A stretch of DNA of 64,000 bases, taken from assembly GCF_964213995.1 (NCBI RefSeq), contig NC_135830.1:992001-1056000 (forward strand), given 5' to 3'. Both the position numbers and the translations under genes were made by a program. Positions within the stretch are counted from its first letter, which is position 1. Every line of letters starts with the position of its first letter. Positions 1-9,594 of the stretch are shown piece after piece. The notes below the pieces were generated by a model, which saw nothing but the letters and a program-made list of their open reading frames with translations, was not told where the DNA came from and made no database searches. The DNA is from Mustelus asterias. Taxonomy: Eukaryota.

Positions 1-1539
1 AACCAACATCGAAATCAAAATCAAATAATTCTGGCAGGATCAAATTGCTGTATGTGAGAGCACATTAACTGCAGCATCTGTCTGAGTGAATCAGTGCCGA
101 TATTCGAAAGATATTTCGTGGTCAGTATAACATTTGTGGCGTTATGAGGACGTGAAAGCGGGTTAAAATATTTTATTTTTTCTTCGTTTACCTACTTAAT
201 CCATTGTCGTGTATTACTTGCCATTTATATCATTAGCCTAACAAACTTTACAACACTTGAATTGTTTTCATAAATACAGGCCACATATTTTTGTGTAAGG
301 TGACATGATTGACTCTCGGCACTGAGTTGAGAAAGTTGATATCGTTGACACATCACAGAATACTTGCACTAACAACTACAATTGTATTCCCACTGACCCG
401 TTCCTATTCATCATTGCAGTTGCCTGGAATTTCCTGCCATTGAAAAGTTCAGCGTTATTGTGGGACATAACTGAGACGCATCTTACAGGGTGTAAATTCA
501 TGCTGTCATCAGGAAATTGCGTTTTGCCTCCAACAGCTTGAGAAAAACTGCATGCTGCAGATACTAGTGGACCTGCATTTCGAGAACATTAATTGAGTTC
601 ACAGAAATTTCCAAGCTGCTTAATGTATTTTACATATTTATGGTCAATGCTAGCAGGTACAGGTTCAACTCAGAATTGTACCTTCGTTTGGCTGCGCATT
701 GGCAATCTGAATTTGAGATTTATTTTAAGACGTATCTCAATTTTCTCTGGCAAATTGCAACGGGGCATTGAGTGTTTCCCAAGGTGTTTGATAAGATGTT
801 CAATTTCATTTAAAAAAATAACCGTAACAGGTATGAAACTCTCTGGATAGTTACTGTGCACATTTATCTACTGATGAATAGCTGTGAGGGAACAGATAGG
901 GAGCTGGTTCCCGTACTGTAAAGCTACGTTTTGATAATCTGTTGATAACTACTGACAATCTGGTTACTAACAGAATTAAGAAAATATCAAGTCAACATTA
1001 GGGCAGTCAGCTCCATATCTACCCCCCAGCCGCCAGTTATCGGCAGAATATTCGGGTATGGACAATGTGTTAAAGGAATTGAGATGATAATGAACATTTA
1101 AATTTGCTTGTCATCACTTAAATTGATAAGCAAATGATTGTGAATTCAATGTGTCAAACATTTCATTCTTTTTGACTTGGCGGAAAGTGGTTGTTTAAAA
1201 TTATCTGTACCTTGAATTCTTTTTTTCCTCTCATATATGTTTTTACTTCTTATATCAATGTGCGCCTCGGCGACATCATCTGACACCAGAACGAGACTAT
1301 GCACCTGTAAATTGACAACCCTACACTGCCACAAGTAGCGATTGTTCAAATGTCACTGAATTGACCGATTGTCCAACATCCAGCACTGCAATGCAGCAGT
1401 TCCCTTAAAATAAACTTTCGCAATGCAGAGATCATCAGATTCTACTGTAGAACCCACTTTCCGTCTGAGGCCAAACTAGACGGATGACAACAATGGAATA
1501 TTGTTTTGACCACAAGACCACCAAGTATTCATTTCATTT

Positions 1540-2130
1540 CTCAAGACCGTTAGGTTTCACCACAGATACAACGTCCAACTTCACTTTCACCTGAGCACAA
1601 GCGCTGCTGAAATCATCATTCATTAATTTCCTTTCTCTATTCGAATCCATTCTAACCCATCACACTACATTCTCCCTTCTGTGAATTTAAAGCCACCAGA
1701 GCCACTATCGACCCATTTTTAACCATGCTAAGTATCTTTGTCCCATGACTTCGATGCTCGGTAACCTACACCATGCCCAGGACAATCAACACATTTAACT
1801 TAAAATTTGTATCCTTCTCTGCAAATCTTTCCATTACCGCCTCCTCCTAGATCACAGAACACAACTGCTGTTCCACAAACTACAGAGTAACTGTGCACAT
1901 TTATTTGAGTCTGATTTCAATTGCTCCAATATTGGTCGCCTTCCAATTAGCAGCCGTTCCTCATGTTCTGTAATTCTCTCCGGAAGTTTCACCGCCCATC
2001 CACTGGCCATTATCCTTTATGATATTCATTAAATAAAATACAACAAAGTAAAATATGACTGAAAAAACCTACCCCTCTAATCAAACTTTTGTCAATTGGC
2101 AATAATATCACCTTCAGTGTCTCTTGTTAG
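1540..2130 (+). mobile_element. Old L2-like LINE 3' relic
   Basis: Degenerate similarity to related pieces at about 10.8-11.3, 42.25-42.5 and 61.6-61.9 kb; no ORF. Confidence 0.4.
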
Positions 2131-2706
2131 ACTTCAGTGTTTGATGATTCCATGAACTGCTTTGGGGTTGCATTTTTACACTAAAATTACGATATGAATA
2201 CACGTTGTCACTGTTCTTAACACTGTCGACATTTTTAAATAATAATTAAGCAAGTTGCTTTCTTAAAGAAGGATTCCTAGATTAATACGAGAGTACAATA
2301 ATGCGTGTGTATGGCAGATGTTATAAAACGGTGATGCATTAAGTGTTAAGTAAGTCACTAGAATAATCACAATGTCAACACAGAAGGATTAAGATTAAAA
2401 TTATTCTGATGACATCACTGCTTCTTGCAGGGCATTCATTACTCACACAAACTGCTGCTTAATACATCTATTTATCTTCACAAAATGATTTTACAATAGT
2501 GCCTTTTCTTTATCGACCAATACAAATATTGTTTCTGTCCAATTAGGTAATGAGAACTCTTCTTGATTATTAAGAATCTAACATTTTATTCTGATGAACT
2601 GAGATCAAAGATAATTTGTCAAATAGCTGAATTCAGTTTCTACCCTGGCCATTGCCTGAGGCATATTTAGACTGTCGCAACATCGACGTTGCACATTACT
2701 CTTGCC

Positions 2707-4310
2707 CATAAGACCATAAGACATAGGAACAGAATTAGGCCACTCGCAACATCGAGACTGCTCCACCATTCAATCAAGTTGATGTTTTTCTCATCCCCAT
2801 TCTCCTACCTTTTCCCCATAGCCTCTGATCCCCTTTTTAATCAAGAACATATCTATCTCTGTCTTCAAGACACTCAATGACCTGGCCTCCACAGGCTTCT
2901 GCGGCAAAGAGTTCCACAGATTCACCACTGTCCAGCTGAAGAAATTCCTCCTCATCTCTGTTTCAAAGGATCGTCCCTTTAGTCTGGGATTGTGCTATCT
3001 GGTTCTAGTTTTTCCGACTGATGGAAACATCGTCTCCACGCCCACTTTATCCAGGCCTCACAGTATCCTGTAAGTTTCAATAAGATCCCCTTCATCCTTC
3101 TAAACTCCAACGAGTGCAGACTCAGAGTCCTCAACCGTTCCTCTGATGGAGAAATCCAGCACGAGGGGGCATGGCTTTAAATTGAGGGGGGGTAGTTATA
3201 GAACCGATGTCAGGGGTAGGTTCTTTACCCAGAGGGTGGTGAGGGATTGGAATGCCCTGCCAGCATCAGTAGTAAATGCGCCTAGTTTGGGGGCGTTTAA
3301 GAGATCCGTAGATAGGTTCATGGACGAAAAGAAATTGGTTTAGGTTGGAGGGTCACAGTTTTTTTTTAACTGGTCGGTGCAACATCGTGGGCCGAAGGGC
3401 CTGTTCTGCGCTGTAATGTTCTATGTTCTATGTTCATACGACAAGCTCTTCATTCCAGGGATCATTCTTGTGAACCTCCTCTGGAACCTTTCCAATGCAA
3501 GCACATCCTTCCTTGGAAACGGGGCCCAAAACACCTCACAATGCTCCAAATGGCGCCTGCCCAGAGCCGTGTGCAGCCTCAGAACTACATCCCTGCTTTT
3601 GTATTTTAGCCCTCTCGACATGAAAGCTAACACTGCATTTGCCTTTCTAACTGCCGACTGAACCTTCACGTTAACCTTAAGAGAATGTTGAACAAGGACT
3701 CCCAAGTCCCTTTGTGCTTCTGATTTCCTAAGCATTTCCCCATATGGAAAATAGTCTATGCCTCCATTCCTGCTTCTAAAGTGCAGAACCTGACACTTTT
3801 CCACGTTGTTTTCCATCTGCCATTTCTTTACCCATTCTCCTAGTCTGTCCAATTCCTTCTGCAGCCACCCCCCCCCCCCCGCCTCCACCCCCCCCCCCCC
3901 CCCGTCTCCCTGCTTCCTCAATACTACCTTCCCTCCAGATATCTTTGTATCATCTGCCAACTTAGCAATAGTTCCTTCAATTTCTTCTTCCAAATCGTTA
4001 ATGCATATTGTGAAATGTTGTGGTCCCAGCACCACCCCTAAGGCACACCACTAGTCACCGGCTGCCATTCTGAAAAAGAGCCCTTCATCCCCACTCTCTG
4101 TCTTCTGACAGTCAGCCAATCCTCTATCCATGCCAGTCTCTTACCCTTAACACGATGAGCTCTTAACTTATTTCACATTCTCCTATGTGGCACTTTGTCA
4201 AAGGCCTTCTGGAAATCTAAATATATCACGTCCACTGGTCCTCCTTTTTCTAACTTCCTTGTTACCTCCTCAAAGAAATCTAAAGGATTTGTCAGACATG
4301 ACCTCCCCTT
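2707..4310 (-). mobile_element. CR1-clade LINE, 5'-truncated, interrupted by a nested CR1 piece
   Basis: RT C-terminal peptide (KLADDTK, LEHCEVFWAPF) in ORF 3421..4035; (CATAAGAC)n tail at 2707. Confidence 0.9.
3145..3435 (+). mobile_element. Nested CR1 3' fragment
   Basis: TRGHGFKL...FFTQRVVRDWNALP peptide; (TTCTATG)n tail. Confidence 0.88.
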
Positions 4311-5039
4311 GTCTGAGAGTCAACCTGATGTGCTCGACATCCCAAAGACCATCCATTCCTTTCACTAAATAATCTCATGCCTCCGTTCCTGGATAAGGTC
4401 ATATACAACTGAACATTTACTGCACGGCGTTGCTACCTGTAGATTCCATGATAAAAATATGCCCACACCCAGCCCGGCAAACCTCCCACCTTCACTATTC
4501 TCATGCACTCGTGACCTCTGGAATATTGCTAATTACAACTGTTCTGCTATTTGCAGCCATTTAAGAGGCATTGTAAAATAAACAGCAGCAAAAGTCGTAC
4601 AATCATTTCATGGTGAACAAAACGAGGCAAATCTGTGATTCTGCCTATGCACAGGGTCTTATTGAAAGCCATCTATTGAATCTGGCTGTCTCATTTTCAC
4701 ACAAAACTTGTCAGCATTCTGCCTCGAGATTGTTGTAAAATTTGTCTTCAGAAATTAATTCAGCATCCACTTCTATCAGGCCTCCTGGCAGTTCATCTCT
4801 TATAAAAAATCAAGACATCAACTAACTCCTCAAACCCACATGTGACGCATTACCACTTTTTAAAATCGACATCCAGTCAAAGGTTTCTCCTTAATTACTC
4901 ATCCAAAGCCGTCTTTGTTAACCTTGGCTACACCTTGGCTAACATGCCCTGTTATAACCAGAACAATTAAAATTGATCTTAACTAATATGCCGTAGCACA
5001 CACACTATTTTAGAATTTTGGGACACACTATTGAAGGGA

Positions 5040-5376
5040 CATAGAAATCATAGAAACCCTACAGTGTAGAAAGAGGCCATTCGGCCCATCGAGTCTACAC
5101 CGACCACAATCCCACCCAGGCCCTACCCCCATATCCCTACATATTTACCCGCTAATCCCTCTAACCTACCCATCTCAAGACACTAAGGGGCAATTTTAGC
5201 ACGGCCAATCAACCTAACCCGCACATCTTTGGACTGTGGGAGGAAACCGGAGCACCCGGAGGAAACCCACGCAGACACGAGGAGAATGTGCAAACTCCAC
5301 ACAGACAGTGACCCAAGCCGGGAATCGAACCCAGGTCCCTGGAGCAGTGAAGCAGCCGTGCTAAGCACTGTGCTAC
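5040..5376 (-). mobile_element. HE1-like tRNA-derived SINE
   Basis: tRNA-like A/B-box head, V-SINE-type core (CACTGTCTGTGTGGAGTTTGCAC), CR1-like tail. Confidence 0.9.
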
Positions 5377-5941
5377 TCACTTTCTCGCCCAACAGCTTCC
5401 CTTGATGTTTCGAACGACTGCTCCACCTCTGCAGTGAAACAATACACATGAGTGATGTTTCTAATCCAACCTGCACCTCACCGTTTGCTTTGAAAGTTAA
5501 AAGGTAAAATGTACATCTGTGCTGATGGCACAAAACGGGCAGATTGGTACGGACCAGCTGTCATACAATCATTCATTGCAATCAGTGGAAGATAACGTGC
5601 CGAACCCATGCCCAAGTTTTGCACTGCCACGCGAGGACGGTTTTCCCGACCTCAGACTCCAAATCAACAAATTGCTTCTTCAAGTAAAGTAAGGAAATAG
5701 ACAAAATAACATCTGAAGTGTAAGAAAATACTTCGCTGTCACAATGAGACTTAAAACAATTCTTGGTGTATTTTAGAATATGAAAGGACAAAGAGAAAGC
5801 TTTTGAATATTGTGTTCAATTTCAGTGTCTACTTTTTGGTTTAATCAGCGAGTTATACACACAGAGAACCCATATTAGCTGAAGGAGACAAGTTTCGATG
5901 TAAACAGGATTCTCACAGAATTACACAATGCGTGGTTAAAT

Positions 5942-6290
5942 GGGGCGGCACGGTAGCACAGTGGTTAGCACTGCTGCTTCACAGCTCCAGGGACCTGGGT
6001 TCGATTCCCGGCTTGGGTCACTGTCTGTGTGGAGTTTGCACATTCTCCTTGTGTCTGCGTGGGTTTCCTCCGGGTACTCCGGTTTCCTCCCACAGTCCAA
6101 AGATGTGCGGGTTAGGTTGATTGGCCATGCTAAAAATTGCCCTTCGTGTCCTGAGATGCGTAGGTTGGAGGGATTAGTGGGTAAATATGTAGGGATATGG
6201 GGGTAGGGCTTGGGTGGGATTGTGGTCGGTGCAGACTCGATGGGCCGAATGGCCTCTTTCAGTACTGTAGGGTTTCTATGATTTCTATGA
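5942..6290 (+). mobile_element. HE1-like tRNA-derived SINE
   Basis: GGGGCGGCACGGTAGCACAGTGG head, GGTTCGATTCC B box, TTTCTATGA tail; inverted near-copy of 5040-5376. Confidence 0.92.
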
Positions 6291-7166
6291 TCTGTCTCGT
6301 TTGTTGTGCCACACCAGCAGATGGCGAATCAAGAGTCAGATTTCCTCAATGACTGATCTACTGTCCATTTGCTTTCCACTGGTATTCACAAAACTGAGAC
6401 TCGACTGCTCTGCTGTCGCTTACTTTTGGTTGGAAATTAAATCCAAGTCAATGGGAGACGGGATAGGAGCTGAGGGTGTTGAGACGGGGGAGGGTGCAAT
6501 AAACTTGTCAGATAGGTTGCTGAATAACTAGTGCACTCCTGGCGCTTTTGGAATAGTCCATGACCAGTCAGTCCCTTTCGAGATCATTTGCTTTTTCCCT
6601 TTGAGCCAAATTCTGAAATGTACAGAAGTTATTGGCCAACATGTTTTCAGAGTTCGATCAGACATTAATGTTACTTTCCATGTCATGGAGAACGAGAAGT
6701 GTTTTATGGGTCATATAAAACCATAACCAGCATTTTATGAAACAATACATTACATTTATTACGTGATTGTAGAGATCACTCCTCACCACAATATTGCATC
6801 GATTTGTTTTGGGTTAGAACTACTATCTATTCATTTTACAAGTTACCAGAATGATCAGGATGAAAATTGTATGATTGGTTCCGTTTTAACTCTAAAAACC
6901 AGCATCACCTTCCCAATGAAGTCTTTAAAGTGTTTGTTGACAGCTAAGTTACCCATAGAAATCTAATATTTTCAGTCACAATGTTCTGTTTAAAATAGTT
7001 CTAAATGCCAGCCAAATCAAATGAGACAGTCAATTAAGTCGGGATCTGAAAAATAACTATGAATGTTACTTCATCTCTTCAGGCAATATTAATGAAAACA
7101 TTAGTTCTTCTTCACCTTTATGCACAAAAAAATCTTATTGAAGAAGTAGCAAGAAACGTCACTTAC

Positions 7167-7210
7167 CAGAGTTCACAGTCAGCACGGTACCAGCCCCATC
7201 ATAGTAGTAA
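7167..7210 (-). CDS. IgNAR: IgNAR J segment (YYYDGAGTVLTVNS)
   Basis: VNAR FR4 motif DGAGTVLTVN, GTAAGT donor at 7166, preceded by a 23-RSS. Confidence 0.96.
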
Positions 7211-7249
7211 CACAGTCACTGAGCATCCATTCAGCCCATGTCACAAACT
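7211..7249 (+). other. J 5' recombination signal sequence (23-bp spacer)
   Basis: CACAGTC-23-TCACAAACT abutting J. Confidence 0.88.
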
Positions 7250-7566
7250 GCCAATGAAGCAAAATCCGCGAATCAAAGTCCTGAAGCAACATTGTTACAC
7301 AGATCTTTTGTATTTGTTGCATTTATCAATGTATCTAAATTCTTGATCTGTTTCCATCCGTGGAGAGATTTTCCATGAGCTATGTGTACACTTGTAATAC
7401 CTTACAAGAAAGACAATCCAGTGATTCAATATTAAGGACCATAATGGTGCATTTAAAAAAAACCAATTCCATCGGGAATGGATTTCTAATGCTGTGCAAT
7501 TAGAGGTGTAAGAAACAGTACAATACAGCCTGGTTCGCCAGTTGTAAAGGAAATAACTGTTGTGGA

Positions 7567-7634
7567 GGTTTTTGTTGTGGCCCACATCACCGTGTCACCG
7601 TAGCTGCACATCACTTCACACCAGCACAATAAAT
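7567..7634 (-). other. IgNAR D4 (core 7595-7606 CAGCTACGGTGA) with 12/12 RSSs
   Basis: CACGGTG-12-ACAAAAACC (minus, 7567-7594, near consensus); CACATCA-12-ACAATAAAT (plus, 7607-7634, weaker). Confidence 0.85.
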
Positions 7635-7950
7635 CCATCATTCAAACCTTCACAGAAAATGCTTCAATCATTCCAAAATATCGATTGGAAATTGTCCAAA
7701 TCGTTCCCTTCATAATGGGATCCGAGCAGCTGTCTATAGCTCCTAAGGACTTGTCCAAATCATGGAGAAACCTCCGTGCTATGTTATAAATGCGATTCAA
7801 ATGTTTATAAACATAATTGCCAAAATAAACAGAGAAAATGTTTCAATGCATCAATCGGTGTCTGAGGAGGACAGCAGTTGTTTAACCATGAGCTACCGTA
7901 GCCACTCAGAAAGTAAAATCTGTTTGTTTTGTCTTCAGGAGTGTAGGGCT

Positions 7951-8030
7951 AGTTTTTGTATTAAGAGAATCTATGATTCATTAATGTGGCCCATAGCAGC
8001 CACACAGCCGCAGAGATCAGTGCAAAAACG
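7951..8030 (-). other. IgNAR D3 (core 7989-8002 TGGCTGCTATGGGC) with 5' 12-RSS and 3' 22-RSS
   Basis: CACAGCC-12-GCAAAAACG (plus, 8003-8030); CACATTA-22-ACAAAAACT (minus, 7951-7988). Confidence 0.88.
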
Positions 8031-8227
8031 TGTCATGTATAGTCATCCAAGCCTCTCAGTTCTCGACGTATACTCCGATGTGATTTCACATCACAGTGTT
8101 CTTTTTTTTCATTGTTTTCATTCAACTAAACGTGCTATCCTTCCAAAATATTCATTAATAATTTCCCGCAAAACCAGCTGAGGAACAGTTAACTTGTTCC
8201 AGTGTTAAAGAAAACAAATCTGACGAT

Positions 8228-8304
8228 AGTTTGTGTATGACAGGAACCGTCTTCTCGATTGCTGTGGCAGTACCCACACAGTGGTCTAGCCCCGTTCAAA
8301 AACA
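8228..8304 (-). other. IgNAR D2 (core 8267-8276 TGGGTACTGC) with 5' 12-RSS and 3' 23-RSS
   Basis: CACAGTG-12-TCAAAAACA (plus, 8277-8304); CACAGCA-23-ACACAAACT (minus, 8228-8266). Confidence 0.92.
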
Positions 8305-8495
8305 GCTTCTCTGTTTGTCTGGGTGTTGAATACAGTTGCTGCGCATTCACATTTCAAATGCTGAGGTTTATGATCCTTGAACTATCACCAGATGTTTACA
8401 AATGTCCCCATTTCAAAATAGTATCCATAACTAAAATGCAGTTTCAGCCAGAAGAGCGAATAAAATTGTCTTGTATTCATTGGGAGATCGGAAGA

Positions 8496-8555
8496 TATTT
8501 TTGCAGAACTGGAAGTTCAATCTTATTGTTGTGAGCAATTTCGACCTTTGCAGAA
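8496..8555 (-). pseudogene. Relic V 3' end (FCKGRNC) with orphan 22-spacer RSS
   Basis: TTC TGC AAA GGT CGA AAT TGC T then CACAACA-22-GCAAAAATA; homologous to 8963-9022 at a 467-bp offset. Confidence 0.8.
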
Positions 8556-8693
8556 CATCACAATGTTCCTTTTCTCATTGTTTTCTTTTGAGTAAACGTG
8601 CTAAACCTCCAGGTTATTCATTAATGACTTCCCGCAAGACGAGTTGAGAAACAGTTAAAATGTTCCAATGTTAAAGAAAACAAATCTGAAGAT

Positions 8694-8772
8694 AGTTTGT
8701 GTATGACAGGAACCGTCTTCTCGATTGCTGTGGCTGTATCCGTACACAGTGGTCCAGCCCCGTTCAAAAACA
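8694..8772 (-). other. IgNAR D1 (core 8733-8744 TACGGATACAGC) with 5' 12-RSS and 3' 23-RSS
   Basis: CACAGTG-12-TCAAAAACA (plus strand, 8745-8772); CACAGCA-23-ACACAAACT (minus strand, 8694-8732). Confidence 0.92.
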
Positions 8773-8962
8773 ACTTCTCTGTTTGTCTGGGTGTTGAATA
8801 CAGTTGCTGCGCATTCACATTTCAAATGCTGGGATTTATGATCCTGCAGCTGTCACCAGATATTTACGAATGTCTCCGTTTCAAATAGTTTCCATAACTA
8901 AAATGTAGTTTCAAGCAGAAGAGCGAACAAAATTGTTTTGTCTTCATTGGGAGTTCCGAAGA

Positions 8963-9000
8963 TATTTTTGTATGACTGGTAGTTCAATCTTATTGCTGTG
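8963..9000 (-). other. V 3' recombination signal sequence (22-bp spacer)
   Basis: CACAGCA + 22 nt + ACAAAAATA abutting the V coding end. Confidence 0.92.
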
Positions 9001-9276
9001 GGGAATCATAAGCTTTGCAGTAAAATGTCACACTATCTTGAACTGTTAAGTCCTTGATTTTCAGAGAAAACGACTTGCTTCCCTTGTTGACTGATTCAAC
9101 ATATCGGCCGCCAATGGTGATGCGTTCCCAATCTGTTGAACCAGGATTTTTCCGAAACCAGCTTGTTGCACACAAGCTATAGCTAGCATCCCTTAGGACG
9201 CAGTTGATTGTCAGAGATTCGCCTATTTCTTTCGTTGCCATTCGTGGTGTTTGATCGACATGTGCACTGAAGGCAT
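9001..9276 (-). CDS. IgNAR: IgNAR variable (VNAR) germline V exon, open frame
   Basis: Acceptor ttttctccatacAG; translates [91 protein letters not shown]; C22, W36, C83 and the VNAR-specific CDR2 deletion; directly followed by an RSS. Confidence 0.97.
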
Positions 9277-9416
9277 CTGTATGGAGAAAAGATACGAAAT
9301 GAATTATTTGTCTGAAACAATACAAGAACTTGAAGGCAAAGAATTTTCCACAATGTATGCGCAGCCACCCAATTTTATCCAGTTAACACATATTTTCTCT
9401 TCTGAAAGAAACTTAC

Positions 9417-9459
9417 TTGATAACCACGTTAAAAGGAGCGCAGCCCAGAAAATATGCAT
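9417..9459 (-). CDS. IgNAR: IgNAR leader exon (MHIFWAALLLTWLS + 1 nt, phase 1)
   Basis: ATG at 9459, hydrophobic signal peptide, exon followed by a GTAAGT donor; splices in frame to the V exon. Confidence 0.93.
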
Positions 9460-9551
9460 TGTTTCTTCACAAGCACTGAAAACCTCAGCAGGGCAATCGC
9501 TTGACCTCAACACTGAGTGCTCTGTGTAACGGTGGGCAGCTGAACACCGAC

Positions 9552-9594
9552 TTTATAAACCTCAAGAGACAGGGTGAATTTGCATAGGGCGGAG
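9552..9594 (-). promoter_or_regulatory. IgNAR V promoter: octamer ATGCAAAT (9578-9585), TATAAA (9552-9557), adjacent GC box
   Basis: Exact octamer 20 bp upstream of a TATA box, about 95-125 bp upstream of the leader ATG; GGGCGGAG at 9587-9594. Confidence 0.75.

Larger units (their letters stand above)
8088..9021. repeat. ~467-bp tandem duplication (8088-8554 / 8555-9021) containing V end, RSS and one D
   Basis: Colinear similarity across both units; ORF-track peptides 8259..8534 and 8697..8888 share long near-identical stretches. Confidence 0.92.

Noticed and set aside
3868-3903. Poly-C tract giving Gly/Pro-rich ORFs
   Set aside because: Homopolymer expansion inside a CR1 relic, not coding.
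1-7160. IgNAR constant exons (C1-C5) downstream of J
   Set aside because: No Ig C-domain motif recognised; the YPES in ORF 670..861 lacks the surrounding Cys/Trp pattern. C exons probably lie beyond the window edge, so functionality of the cluster cannot be fully confirmed here.
8534-8590. Fifth D segment formed by the V relic between the orphan RSS and CACAATG
   Set aside because: No nonamer 12 or 23 bp after CACAATG.
8990-9325. ORF-track start and stop as true VNAR gene limits
   Set aside because: The N-terminus is intron and the C-terminus runs into the RSS; exon limits were set from splice sites and the heptamer.
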